A DNA stretch of 64,000 nucleotides from Eukaryota sp. GEM-RC1 (taxonomy: Eukaryota): contig JAUFOQ010000004.1 in the NCBI GenBank assembly GCA_040285855.1, positions 2,480,001-2,544,000 on the forward strand, read 5' to 3'. A program made the position numbers and the translations under genes. The notes below the pieces were generated by a model, which did not search any database, was not told the DNA's origin, and worked only from the letters and a program-made list of their open reading frames with translations. Below are positions 12,657 to 25,980 of the stretch, in pieces (position 1 is the stretch's first letter; each line of letters starts with the position of its first letter).

Positions 12657-13239
12657 CATGGAACGCAAATGTTCCGTACCGCGGCGATTTTAGGCGTACC
12701 GTACCGTACGTGCGTACGTACGGTACAAGTACCGTTACTGTTCTTTTGACCGACTAAAATATATTATTACTATTTTGAACATGGTGATCCAATGTGAGGT
12801 TTTAACAGTTACCATCGTCATAAATTCTACCGTTAAGCATTGCTCAGGATATCAAAATCGTGATTGTCACACTTATTCAAATTCAGGGTCCACAACTTCC
12901 CCAAAATGACATTATTACGTAAGAAGCTCAGCAATCGCTCGAAATCAACATTAGTATTAGCGTCTTCGAATTGGAATGTATCTATTGAGTGGCTATGACG
13001 GAATATAACAGTGATAAAGGGCCCAAAAACCCACAGATTGGATTTCTAAACGATCAAATGATGCAGTAGCAATTTGCACTAGTACTGTGTTTGACTAGTG
13101 GACGAACCTCCAATCAAAAAATAGTATTTGTAAATCCATTTTGATCATTCATAAATAGGCTTCATATAAAATTAAATGACATCGGTACGGATAAAATAAA
13201 TCGGTACGTACAGTACGTACCAAAGATTTGCGCACATTG
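12657..13239. mobile_element. hAT-type MITE with perfect 8-bp TSD
   Basis: Ends CATGGAACGCAAAT / ATTTGCGCACATTG; GTAC/CGTAC subterminal repeats; GTACATCT at 12649-12656 and 13240-13247. Confidence 0.8.
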
Positions 13240-13310
13240 GTACATCTACACTGGCAGCAGTAATTACTAATTACTAACCTACTGAACAAAAATTTTCATT
13301 AAAAACTGTA

Positions 13311-13650
13311 CCGTTCTCAGAACACAATTTACCAAAGGAAGTTAAAAAACCTTGTGCAGCTGGTCCAATATTACCGTATATCGACATTGCAAACGGTTGA
13401 AACACAAAAGAATTGTACCTGTCAACATTCAATTGGTTAATTAAGTGGCAGTTCTTTCCTTTTCAGCCACTTCAAGAGCAGAAAAATCATCATCAAATTT
13501 TTTGGAAATTGATCTTGAATTACAAGGATCAACAGCTGTGAAATCCATGATAATTTCCTGACAAGAATACCAAGAACCAATCAAATCACCACGACTTCTA
13601 TCAACTTTTGGCTAGAAAGATTAGCAAGTGAAGGTTCAATTGTTTCATGA
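13311..13650 (-). mobile_element. CRE-like family B internal fragment (decayed)
   Basis: Reverse complement of about 3515-3870 with small deletions. Confidence 0.75.
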
Positions 13651-14261
13651 AAATTATGTCTCGTTGTTAAACCCGAGTGAATAAGCATTTTTCGAACAAT
13701 GTGCAGAACTCTGCACCAACGATCTCAATAGTTTCAGTGAAGATTTGTGTTAGATCCTTATGTTGTAGCAGTATTTATTCAGTATTTATTACTATTACTG
13801 TAGATATTTGAATTATTAATGTTTGGGAATTAACAACCACCACAAGTGAAGGATAACAAATCACGCTTTTTTCAATTTATGTACAATCTTTGGAAACAAT
13901 CAAGTACTGGTGTATTCCCCCCTCCACTTGTGGGTTTCAGAACTGTTTGGACTGTATGGAATTTTCACAAAAACCAAACCGAAAATGGACAACTTCTGTG
14001 ACTGAAAACACCAATGTAGATGTATGAGAGAATTTCAAACAGTGAAACGAAGGATGCGGATGGGCACTAACTTATCATAAATGTTCTCGTTTGAGCCATA
14101 TAGATTAAGAGACACAAGAGTAGAGAAAGTGATAAGAAAAGTGGCGTAAACAATGAAGATAGCAACACGCCCATGACTTTGAAGAAGAGGATGATGTCAA
14201 CTTGACATCTACTGTTGAGACATTCAGTATGCAATTTCAACAACAAAAAATCTTCCTCACA

Positions 14262-14512
14262 ATGGCACCAACACCTAGACACCGAGGCTCCCGTAGTAGC
14301 TCGCCTTCACTAGCAAAGTCCCCTAAAAAGAAGTCTTCCAAAATGAGACTAACCTGGTCGTCTGTTGCCATTGGTTTCGTTGCTCTTCTCCTAATCAGTT
14401 CTTGTATGTTCCCAGAGTATGTTTCATTCCAGCCGTCATCTCTTTTTATGCTTCAACTAAGTCTTATGAACCCACTTCTAGTTCGACAGAAGACGTATCA
14501 GATATGGAATAG
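14262..14512 (+). CDS. Small single-pass membrane protein, 73 aa, one 29-nt intron (14404-14432)
   Basis: Splicing gives MAPTPRHRGSRSSSPSLAKSPKKKSSKMRLTWSSVAIGFVALLLISSSVISFYASTKSYEPTSSSTEDVSDME*; intron GTATGT...TTCATTCCAG fits the local consensus. Confidence 0.55.
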
Positions 14513-14861
14513 TCCTTTTGCTTCTATAAATCTTACCTCATGTACACTGTTCAGCAAGATTTTCTATTACATCAACCTCAAAGCTTCTCAACTAGCAGTC
14601 AAATGTAGTCACTTTCTGTTTGATATTAAGTGTTTTACGTTTTCCAATTAGAATCAGTTTGTTAACTTTATTTAAAATGAAGATAGTAACTCTATCTAAA
14701 TACCGAGATGTATTACAATATCAGGCAATCTTCCCAGATAAAAACCATTGTTCAACAATTGTCTTGAAATCGTTAAATAGACGGTTCTACTACAATATTT
14801 ATATATGTACATGTAGTATAACATCGAAAGTTTTCTGTTCAATTTTGTTTTGTTAAGACCA

Positions 14862-17800
14862 ATGTTAATGCTCTATCCTCATGATCATCTTTCAACCACT
14901 CTGACCTTCCACATCCCCTACGAATCCTCTGTCTACCAAGTCATCGTTGATAATCTTTCGGTTGAAGACTCTACAGCTTTTGAGTATAATCTTTTGATCC
15001 TTCCCACTGTGACTTCTTTCACTACCTCGAGGAGATCTGTTTCATCTCCATTAAACTTCTCTTCGTCCTCTACGTTTGCCAAAGTATCCGACCTATCATC
15101 TTTCTTTCTGAATTTGTTCCATATTTCCCCTTCTTCTATTTCTTCTACTATCCCGAGTTTTAGTGGAAACTCAATAGTTTTCTCACCTGAATTCTCTCCA
15201 GAAATTAAACAAAATTCCAAGAGAGTTTGCTCTTTTTTGCCAGATATATGTTCAATATTTAGGTATAATGACCACTTTTTTGTTATTTTTAAAATATTCA
15301 GAACTTCAATGACTGATCTTATTTTTAATTTTTCAAAAAACCCAGAAGTTGAGGGACTTTCGACGTTTCTTAGTTTCATTTCAGCTCAGATTTTCTATCT
15401 GCAAAAATTCTTCCAAAATTTCAATTATTTTCTGGATTTACAAACACTTCGCTCTGATGATATTAGATTCGATGCCAAGGGGAAGATTTCTGTAAGTTTG
15501 AATTTTCTTTTGAATACGTCGCCCTATAATATCAATTTTTCTGAACTGTTTCAACATCACAAATATTTCAATATGTCAAATTTTTCATTCCCATCATTTC
15601 AACATTTAATCTGTAAACCATTAGCTGACATCACTTTTGATTGGCAACTCGGTACGATTTCTAATCTTGACTTTTTAACCGCGCTGAATTTCATTTCTGG
15701 CAGGGATTTGTTTTCTTCTTTTAAACCAGCTTTCGTTCCGTGGATTTTCACTGACTTTTCAAAAGTTAATGATGATTCATTGTGTAATCCAACATTCCTT
15801 AATTGGCTTGAGCATCCCACTGAAGAAGCTCCCCTCCCGACAGGCTTGGGGTTTAGAAATTTTAAATTTTCAAAAACACGTTTAGTAAAAACTGACGGTA
15901 TACTTGACAGACAGTTTGAGCAAACTGGTCATCATTTCATCAATCATCTTTCTGACCTTGAGCATGTGTTGATCACTTGTCGAATTCGATCTGAATCTGT
16001 TCTGAAGAAGTTTGTTAGAAAAGACATATCTTCTGCCGATTATCCTGAATCATTTTCAAAACTTTCTTCAGATTTTCCTTGTGAAATGCCTCTCTTAATG
16101 ATGTTTGTACCAGAAGTCTTTTCTAAGGATTCCACTCATTATTTCGACAACATCAAATTACCATCATTTTTTGAAAAGGGAATTAATTTTGCAAGATACA
16201 ATGGACTAAATTTAAATCTTTCGGATCATCAACATTTTATTTTCTGGTTACAGTCTCAATTTAATTCAAAAAGGTTAGAATGTCTATATGTAATTGGATT
16301 AATTTAATCTTTGGTGATTTAATTAATTCTGAGAATGATCGGAATGTTCTATTTCCAATGCATTCTGCAGCTGCTGATGATTTTCATGTTCCTTTTCTTC
16401 GTAATTTTTCCCTGTTTAATCCCGTACAATTGTATTCTTCCTTGAACGGACCTTCCTTGGATCCAGGGGCATTTTGTTTGGACAATTTTCAAATATCTGA
16501 TTTGCATTCCAGAAGATCAACTAGGGCACAGAGCATAATTAAATCTGATTTTGGACAATTCGATCTTTCAGCCTCTGATATTAAAAATATTCATAATATT
16601 TCATATTTAATGGACTTGCTAGGTTCTGACATTAGTGTGCCGCAATTGGAAAATTTCAAATATTGTTCTTCGCAGAGTGGGTTTTTCAAAATTTTGAAAT
16701 CTATTTGTTGTCGGAATTCTTATAAATATTTGAAGAAATTTTTTGAGAATGGAAAATTTCCATTGTACTTAGAGTCATCAATCAGAATAATTGAAAATTG
16801 TTTTCATTCTTGTACTTTTGACGTGATTGACGCAGTGTCTATAGCTCAACAAAACCCTGAACTTATTCCTTACATATTTCTTTCGTCAGTGGATTTGGTG
16901 TATACGGGAAATTTTAAAAAATTACTGGTGTTTAAAAATTTGTGTTCAACCGTTTTCAAATGTTTTGATTCAATAATTTCTAAGTTTGATGTATTAATTC
17001 TCAAGAACAACATAATGACTTCTAATTGTGATCTGAAACATGACGTGCCAAATTTTGAAAATTTTACTGAAATCCTATCCTATTTATGTTCTTCATCTTC
17101 AATTTCGAAATTTTTAGTTCCGAAATTATTCAATTTTTTGAGATCGCAGACGTTTCGGATGAATTGCTTCACAAGATTTGTTCATCTCTTATTTTAATTT
17201 TTCTACGGAGATTAACCCCCAAAAATCTCTGTAATATTTTAATTTTCCCTTTGGTTCGTCGTACAAAGCGTAACTTGTCATTTGTTCAAGTTTGTTTCGA
17301 TTACATTTTTCAGTTTGCATCTCTGCAGTTTTTAAAATTGTATATTTTTCGAATTATCATCCAAGAATATTTAAAACAATTGAGGAAGTTTTCACCACAA
17401 GTTAAAATAGTTTTAAACTTCTATACTTCTCTATTGCTCAAATTATTTGATCATTTTCCTTCTGATTTTTTAAATTTATTCAAAACGAAATATCGTTCAA
17501 ATCCATTTCCGTTTCTTCAAGTATTGATTACAGTCTGTGAAAACTCTCTTCAAAAATATCAAATTTCACAAATTTTAGAAATTTTGCGACCATTGCTGTT
17601 CCAAATTTTTCTCAAAGTCCGTACTTCCACAGATCTTGATCACAGAAAGTACATTTTAAATTATTTGTCCAGTTTCGTTCACTTTGATTGCATTCGACGA
17701 TTTTATTCCGAATTATTGTCATTTTCACCACGAACCAGTTTTCAATCAAAATCTGAAAATATTATTAAATCTGATGGTGTTTCAGGTACGTCATATTTTG

Positions 17801-18774
17801 ATTTGAATCTTTATCCGTTTGTTCATGATTTTCCTTTTGATGATACTTATGATTCCTCGTTTTTTAGACACAGTTCATCTTTAATGAAAAATTCCACCAT
17901 TAGTCTCTGTGAGTCTTCTATTTTTGACATTCAAACCTCTTTTTTTGACCCTATTGCTGTGACTGCATCACGTGATTCGATTTATCAATTACGACTGGCC
18001 CCGTCTTCGAACTCTATTGAAGTTATCGCTAAAATTGATACAACAGTCAGAACTCAATCATTGGCAGTGATTGATACCTTTTCTGGACCCTGTTTTGGAA
18101 TTTTGTCTGCTGATTCGATTAAATTGTACCAAGTTGGAAATGAAATTCCTTCGCATACACCCGTCAATTTGAATTTTAATGCGACAGTTTTAAAATCTCA
18201 CAGGAATTTATCTTGTATAGCTGTTGGAGGTGATGCCATGATCAAGTATTTTGATTTCCGGTCAAACTTTAGAGATTTTATTTCAACGCCTTTTAAAACA
18301 TCCACTTTAAGTTCTTCGTCCGTATCTTGTCTAAATTTTCTTGATGATTATAAGGTTTTGGTAGGATTATCTAATTCAAGTATTGCTGTTATTGATCTTC
18401 GCAGCGGAATTCTTGAACATTCTCGTCTTGGAGATACTGCAGTTACTTCCATTAACCCTATTGACCAATCAAATTTGATTGGTGTGACGTTAAAACATGA
18501 AAGACGTTTATTTCTTCGAAAAGGCGATCTAACTCAACATTCAATGTATAATTTTCCTTTACCAACAGTGTCTGTGTGTTCATCAACTTCGAACTCTTTC
18601 ATGGCTAGTTCACTATCTACCGCTGTAGGTTTATCATTTTTAAATTCCGAGCCAGTTTTGACCACTGTTGATTGTGCTGCATTCAATATCACGTCATTGT
18701 CTCACATTAATCAATCAAATCTGATTTTGGGAGGTTCTAGTGATGGATGTTTGAGTTATTTTTATTGTGAGTAG
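14862..18774 (+). CDS. WDR81: WDR81-like BEACH + WD40 protein (2 apparent homopolymer frameshifts at about 16270 and 17125)
   Basis: WQLGTISNLDFLTALNFISGR, PWIFTDF, FRNFKFSKTRLVKTD, LSDL..., VLKKFVR...YPES match the WDR81-type BEACH; C-terminal WD-like repeats ending GSSDGCL. Confidence 0.7.
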
Positions 18775-19035
18775 TATCTTGATATCCGTACAGATATTTG
18801 TGTTCAATTGTTTAAATTTAAATTTATTTGAAATGAGGGACTTATTATTAATCTCTTTTTAGAGTCATTTCTTTTTACTGGCCAGTTCTTTTATTTGTTT
18901 GTAAAAATTAGCGATCAAACAATCTGTTAGTTCATTTCATGAGATGACGTAATCTTGGTGACGTCATCTCCTCGAAAAAGAAAAAATAAGTATATTGTTT
19001 TGGTTAAATGTTATAAATTAACGAAATACAAACTA

Positions 19036-19230
19036 CTAGTACTTAAAAGATATCAAATGATCCACATCTACTTTTGAACTACCACGATACAATTTGTTCA
19101 GAATACGATTCAAATGATTTGAAAACCTTCTGTATAGAGAAAAAACGATGCGATTGCGCCAAAAAGTCTGTTTGAAATTTTTCCTTTGATCAAGGCACAA
19201 TTTTGAAAAGGCACCAACGAAAAAAGCCAA
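19036..19230 (-). mobile_element. CRE-like retrotransposon 3' tail (family H-like)
   Basis: FSKLC...FWRNRIVFSLYR matches the W..R..F motif of the other tails. Confidence 0.6.
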
Positions 19231-19443
19231 TGTAGAAGAATTAAAAATGTTTTAGTCAATACTGCGCAGACAAAAAAAAGTAAAAGTATGGATAATCAGA
19301 AACGAAAAAAGAAAGTTTTTTTAAAAAATAGTAAAGAGTCCATACACATTGAATAAAAATAAAGAAATAATAAGCTGGATGACGTGACTAGAAAAAGAGC
19401 TCAGAAAGCCATAATCAATCAAATGCAATTGATTGCCCAAGTG

Positions 19444-20796
19444 TTAACTAAAAAAAGTGTCGAGATCATCCATTGAAATTAAACCACTACTACTTGATTT
19501 TTTCGAAACGTTATCTTGTTGAATTTCTAAATTTAATTTTGATTTTTCTTTTAAACTTTGCTTAAATAAAGAAGTAGCATATTTGGAATGAACCTGACTA
19601 AAATCCAATGACGTGACATCACATAAACCAACGATCTCAGACGACTTACAATCTCTATTCGATCTTTTTTGATGACGTATCTTTTTGACCTCTAAAAAGG
19701 CAACAAGTTGTTGTTCAACTAAAGCTTTCACACCTTGACTTGACCAAAGAGACTCAAAGAAATCAGACTGAGAAGAAAAGGCTGTGGAGTCAAAACTATA
19801 GTTTGAATGAGTATCTAATTTAATGAATTTATCCAAGTTTAAAAAAGAATTGATAAACTGATGCAAACAAAGAGCAACATCTTTGGTTTGATCGGTGCAA
19901 TTTAAATTCTTCAAATTCTTTGAAAAAGACGTTTTGGGGAAAGATCCTACATCAACAGTTAAACCGTTTAAATAACGGAAGTTGCCTAAATCGCAATCAA
20001 TCACGATGGTACTAGACTTGGATGTTACATCGGCAATTTTTAAAATTTTGGAAAAACAAGAAGTGGTGACTCCCGTAATAAAGGGAAATGGAGAATTTAC
20101 CAATGTACAATGATCAATTGGTAAAAGTGGAACAAAAGGATGAAGCCACTCAATTGGAGACGTGATCAAGGTCAAAATAGACGATATTGCAGCAGAAATC
20201 ATTGGTGAAGATGAAGTAATTAACAGTTTCTTTTCTAACAAAACAAAACACAAAATATTGAAAATGGTTTGCGATTTAAACTTTGAAAACAATAGGTGAT
20301 ATCCATGATGGAAATGATGATGATCAAAACTGATTTGATTACTTTCCAAAAACGGAGTAAGAAGAGGATCAGACTGAGACAAAACTTCCTTTGAGAAAGT
20401 GTAAAGTTGTTGTGGTTTTGAAACCAAACAACTTTCATCAATGTAGCGTAAAGTTGAGGAGAAGAAGTCCGAGGGAAACAAAGAGGAACTACAAATGAAA
20501 CAAGGAACGTATATGAAAGGCTTTGAAGGTATGATCAGTGCATAAACATACAAGTTGCAGCCTGTTGAGTTGGATTTGAGAATAAAGAAGAAATCACGGG
20601 ATTGGGACGACTTGATGGAAACACGGAAAGCTCTGGGATCTGCAAATAGAAATGGTATGACATCGGGAGGAGAGAAAAGCTGAGAATCAGATGCAATGGA
20701 TGTATTGACAATAGAGAGTAGGACTGATATAGAATCTCTATTAAAGTTGAACAGGAAGGCATCAGAGCTGCGAAACAGTAGGAAGTGGGATATCAT
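19444..20796 (-). CDS. DENN-domain protein (Rab GEF family)
   Basis: VLLEKKLLITS...LITSPIEWLHPFVPLLP...LVNSPFPFITGV...IVIDCD is the DENN core. Confidence 0.8.
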   Translation of the reverse strand: MISHFLLFRSSDAFLFNFNRDSISVLLSIVNTSIASDSQLFSPPDVIPFLFADPRAFRVSIKSSQSRDFFFILKSNSTGCNLYVYALIIPSKPFIYVPCFICSSSLFPSDFFSSTLRYIDESCLVSKPQQLYTFSKEVLSQSDPLLTPFLESNQISFDHHHFHHGYHLLFSKFKSQTIFNILCFVLLEKKLLITSSSPMISAAISSILTLITSPIEWLHPFVPLLPIDHCTLVNSPFPFITGVTTSCFSKILKIADVTSKSSTIVIDCDLGNFRYLNGLTVDVGSFPKTSFSKNLKNLNCTDQTKDVALCLHQFINSFLNLDKFIKLDTHSNYSFDSTAFSSQSDFFESLWSSQGVKALVEQQLVAFLEVKKIRHQKRSNRDCKSSEIVGLCDVTSLDFSQVHSKYATSLFKQSLKEKSKLNLEIQQDNVSKKSSSSGLISMDDLDTFFS

Positions 20797-21001
20797 TGAT
20801 GAAAGCTTGAAGACTTTAGAAGAGTGGCTACTTTAAGAATATACGTTACAGAGTTGTTCTCTATTAATCAAATTTGATTGCTACAATGGGCAGGTATAAG
20901 TGATTTCATTGATTGATGTTAGAGCTGATTAAAAAAATTACATTAAAAAACATTTATTACACATGATAAATACAATAACAGATCAATAACAGATCACGTG
21001 A

Positions 21002-24000
21002 TCAAGATGCCTGGAAAAGAGCTCCCAGTTTTTTCCATTCACCCTGGATGGGATTTGTATTCTTCAACTTGATCACTGTTTCACAATCCAGAAGACCATT
21101 GTCAGTATTTAAAAGAAATACAATAAAGTCAACAGCACGATTACGACGACTGTTGAAGTCCAGGTTCTTATCATACATGGCAGTGTAAGCAGACCCCAGA
21201 ATCTTAGACATTTCATTAAGGACAGGCACCAAACATCCATGCTCGAAGTCAAATTGCCAAAGGTCTACCTGACCAAAATCATCAAGAAAACAACTTGCAA
21301 TCGTCACTAAGAGATCATGATTAAGCTTTAATCTAGAAATAGGTTCAAAAGCATCACATTCACCAAACAAAAAACTGTCTTTAGGAAACTTACCACCATG
21401 ATCCTGAAGAAACTCCTTAAAAACGAGCTGTAGATAAGTAAGAACTGTAGTATCATGAATCACGTCATTAATGACGTCATCATCTTCATTGTCAAAATCA
21501 AACCATTGATTTAAACCAGATAGTTCTACCAATTGTTTAATACGGGAGGCCATTTTAGAATGGACAGAAAATGAACATTGAGAGGATGAAATCTTCCACT
21601 GCTTAAGATGTGGGAAAAACCAAGAGTAAGATGAAGGTAACTGTTTTAAAAGATTGAAAAGGTCAGAAAAAGGCACGTTTACAACGACTGTAGACTTTGT
21701 ACCTGATTCTGATACCGACTTTTTTTGGACAAGTTGAACATTTGGATCAAACGTGGTAACGTCAATATTTAAAAATTCTTGTCTGAAAGTTAGATCTTTA
21801 AGCATTAATCGTTCGAGGTAAAACAACCTGTTTAACGCCCCTATTGTGAATGTTAATCGATAGAATTTGGGGGAAATAGTTATAGTAAGACCCAGGGCAG
21901 ACTGCAGATTTCTAAAAACATCTAGCTTGTCCTTTGGACATTGATTTTTGGAAATAAAAAAAGAAATTAAAACATCAGTTGAAGGAGGATAGATAGAGTC
22001 CTTGCTGACCACAATAGTTTTCAAAAAATCATTGCGGTAGATGACGTCATTTGGATTGACTGGGAGACGACTGTCAACGAAACTGATTGGTTGACTTGGG
22101 TTGATCCCACTTTGACACTCCATCAGTCGACAAACATCTACAGCTACCTGTGGTATCTCAAAGAGAAAAGATTGTGGAACTTCACTGTTTGAGTGTGTTT
22201 TTAAAAATTCAAAAGTTCCACGGACCAATTGATAGGAGAAATTACAGTGTTTTTTCAAATGTGAGGGAAGTTTTAAGTCATTCAACAAAGAGAGCAACAT
22301 TGGCTTTACTGTTGTTGGCGAAGTTTGAAAAAGTTGAAAATTTTCAAACTGAAACAAATCTGGTAGTAGGTCTTTTAATAGAAGAGATCGGTCAATAAAA
22401 GAGTTCAACGGATTTAGAAAGAAGAATGAAGCTAATTCAGACAAGTTACAACTTGAAGATACATATTCTTTAATGATAGCGACATCAACAAACAAATTGC
22501 TGATTGATTGGGGAAAAACGTGATCAAATTTGATTGGTAACATTAAGGTACATTGCTCTGTTGCCAAAAAGACAACATCAACAACCTTGATTAATGATTG
22601 AACCAGAATTAAAATTTTAGGATTTTCAGGAGAAATAGAATTCAAAAATTTTAATATAGAAGGATGATCTGGAGGACATGATGTTTCAACACAATCAAAA
22701 AACATAGAATCGTCATCTTTTTCATTTGAAGACTCGGATCCGCTCTTCTTTTTTTTCTTTTTTTGGTTTGGTAACAGTCTTTTTTGCCTTAGGTTTAGGT
22801 TTTTTTGGCTTTGGCTTTGGTGATGACGGAGGCGTATTCTTTGAGGACGGGACTTCTGCTGGGGGATCTTCTTGAACCTTAGTTTTGGCCTTCTTTTGAG
22901 ACTTTTGACTTCCCACGACTTCATTGATTGGGAAAACGTCAGAGACTTGGTCAAGTAGTGGAGTTAGAACCAAATCAATTGATTTAAGTTTTTGAAGAGT
23001 TTTTTTACCTGGAGAAGAAATATTGTCAGAGATAGTGATAAACATTGAACTTGAGACAACCATGTTATTCACTTTTGAAATATCAATGTCGAGATTCAAA
23101 ACCAAAAGATTATACAAAACAAGCAAACAGAAGTTTCTATATTTGTCAGGATCTTGCAAAAGTGAAATCACTTCCAGTTTCGCTTTTCGCTGTTTCTTAC
23201 CCAAATTCTTCAAACCCTCTAGAAGAGAAGTTAAACAATTCTCCATGATTGAAAGAAGATTTAACTCATCACCAAGAGACTGGATGATGGCAGAGTTAGT
23301 TGGGTTAGTGAAGAAGTTGTGGAGAAAAAGAGCGAAAGGAATTACACAGGATCTCACATGGCCACCTGGATTAGGACCAAAATCAATGGCATATGTAAGG
23401 GAAGGTGGAGGCGTCATGAAGGTCACAACAAAAGGGCTCAATATCAGCAATCCAAGATCTTTGATTGGAGGGATTGGAGGAGATTTGGTCTTGAGAGAGG
23501 TGGCGGAAGGCAAAGGATTCAGTCAAGCCCAACTGAATCTGGGAGTGGGGTGAGGTATCTGAAAGGAAGTAGCAGGGATGATCTTTTGGAAGAGGCACGT
23601 CACCAATGTTCTTGACAACTTTCAAGTAGAAATGAAAAGAGGTAGAAAACACAGACATGGCAGCATTGTACACAGGTTCATTTGATGACGTGGCAGGTTT
23701 TTCATTTGATGACGTGGCAGGTGAGGGAAGAATAGGGGATGGGAGTAAAGCCATGAGCGGCGAAGACATCCAATGGATGCTGCTTATACGGGTGCTTCTT
23801 TCCCACACGTCTAATGAAGATTGAACCAATTTGGTTGAAGTAATCCTGTAGGGTAACCACAGGAAGTACTTCGTCATGTAGTAACTGGTTGAGTTGTAGA
23901 ATATGTTCGTCCGAGGTATGGACTTTAGTCACGTCAGGAGACATGAGGAGATCGCGGAGATCAGTATGTAGGGGAGCATCGATGTAGATGACGAGTACTC

Positions 24001-24277
24001 TGGCAGGAGTACTGATCAGTAGCGCATTCAACTCTTCGCAGAAACTTATGGCGATGAAAGGGAATTGTGGAGAAATGTGTCGCCTAAGGATCGCGGTTTT
24101 TTCAGAAACTGCTTCATGAGAAGTAGATAGTGAAAACACATCCACTTGGACAGGAGGTAGTTCTTCTGCAAACTGATAATGTCTGATCCCTTCACTTCTA
24201 AATGAAGGCCGTGGTTGAAGGAAGAAACCATCATCTGAATCTGAAGAACTGTACAGCTGTGGTAAGTCTAGAGCCAT
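21002..24277 (-). CDS. Large hypothetical protein (about 1090 aa, about 3 apparent frameshifts) with an N-terminal 3'-5' exonuclease-like domain and a Lys/Pro-rich linker
   Basis: Overlapping consecutive ORFs 23702..24352, 23383..23877, 22722..23513, 21002..22954; ALLISTPARVLVI...LRDLLMSPDVTKV resembles WRN/EXD-type exonucleases. Confidence 0.45.
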
Positions 24278-24499
24278 TCGGTCTTTGTGCACGAAAATTA
24301 AATTGGACTTTTCAAGTTTAAAATTACATGTCGATAAAATGAACTCTGCCAAGACTTCATAATGGGCACAATTTGATTAAATCAAAACAATAGCGTTTGT
24401 AAACCTCACGTACAGTTGACTTATTAAAAATTGTTGGCCAAAGCATACATGTACCTGGAAAATACACTTTTCTGTATTTTCTGTATTTTAGACAACATG

Positions 24500-24800
24500 T
24501 TTATTCGGCACCCAATAAGGTAACTTTCCTACAAACTATGAAATTGTAAAAACAAACAAAAAATACTGAGATTAAATCCAAACGACTTCATCACCACCCG
24601 GTAAAAGATTACGTTTATCAACATTAACCTTCACACCAAACTTGTACAATTTCTCAATTAATCTAGAGAAATAGAAAGGCATATTCCGATATATGGAAAA
24701 CACTATACGGTTTTTCCATTCAGCCATTCTAAACTTACGCTTCTTTTCTTTACACAATTCTTCGAAATCCTTGAAAAATTGATCACCAGCAGGACTAATA
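24500..24800 (-). mobile_element. CRE-like family C, 3' tail
   Basis: Matches 912-1215. Confidence 0.8.
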
Positions 24801-25014
24801 CTACTGGGGAATTCATTTGGGGTGCATACTCCTAGTCCCCAAAATCATTTTACCCCAAATACTCTTCACCCCATAACCACATATCCCCAAACTGATACAC
24901 TTATACCTTCTTTGATGGATTTCATACATCTTTTGATATCCAGTGTTGAGCTTCTTTCAAGATAGAGACGTGTTTGCAGGTATTCGTTCTTAGAACGGTG
25001 AACCATGTTCAACC

Positions 25015-25485
25015 ATGGATTGTAACATCAGAAGGACTCATGGATGGTCCCCCAAAGGTTCCTCCATTCTATCCCGAGCTTCAAACTTAAAAGAAGGGCC
25101 CTTGAGTTTTGTAGTGGCAATTACAGTAGAGGGATACTTGAACTCCCATGCTGTTCAAGGACATTTTAGCAGGTTGCAATTTGTGTCTTTTTTACGAAGT
25201 CTAATTCGGAACAGGCAACTGAATCAATATCCTGGTAAAAGATCTATTGTGATACTTGATGGTTGTCGGATACATATCCACAGAAGCATTACTTTGGCAT
25301 TAAAGCTTGCTGGCGTTCATTATCTTATATTACCAGCTTACGCTCCTGAGATGAATCCCATCGAGTGCTTTTTCGGAATGCTTAGAAAACGTGTGAATAC
25401 TGCAGTATTACATCATCCATTGGAATCAACGTTTACACTTATCCGTCACGTTATTGAACAACAAAACTTGAACAACAAAATTTGA
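25015..25485 (+). mobile_element. IS630/Tc1-family DD34E transposase fragment
   Basis: RTHGWSPKG...YPGKRSIVILDGCRIH...LPAYAPEMNPIE; 34 residues between D and E; N-terminus and first Asp lost. Confidence 0.85.
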
Positions 25486-25490
25486 ATGGA

Positions 25491-25980
25491 TTACTGCTTT
25501 AAATCGTCAACAGTGATTAAGTTCTCCAGGGGAACTCTCAATGTATCGATGTAGGCCCTGTACTGTTCGGCATTGATGTTTGTTACTTGTATCTTTACAT
25601 CCAGAGCATTTTCACCAGGTCGAGCCTTCAAAATCCACTTTCGGAGCAAACTACTGCTCACATTCTCCCGTTTGTTATTACCGGACATGAACGAGAATGT
25701 GGCAGTGCTATTAAGGGTGATAAGGGCACTCGTTCTGGGCAATGTAGCTGTGATAATCTTCAAGAAACATATTTTTGAAGGAGTCTGGGGTACAATGGTC
25801 TAAGCTCTCGTAGTGGACTAAGGCAGACTCCGGCTCCAATCTAGTTTGGGCTCGGTTATAAAGAGAATATGATAAACCAACCTTTACTACCATTGATCCA
25901 GGGAATTCAGCCAATCCAGGGGATAGATATTCAAGTGGTTCATCAACTTGAGGGCTGTTTAGTTGAGACTCGTCAGACAT
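25491..25980 (-). CDS. Hypothetical protein (two overlapping ORFs), convergent with the transposase; possible cargo
   Basis: ORFs 25711..25980 and 25491..25763 overlap; ATGTC start; no recognised motif. Confidence 0.3.
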
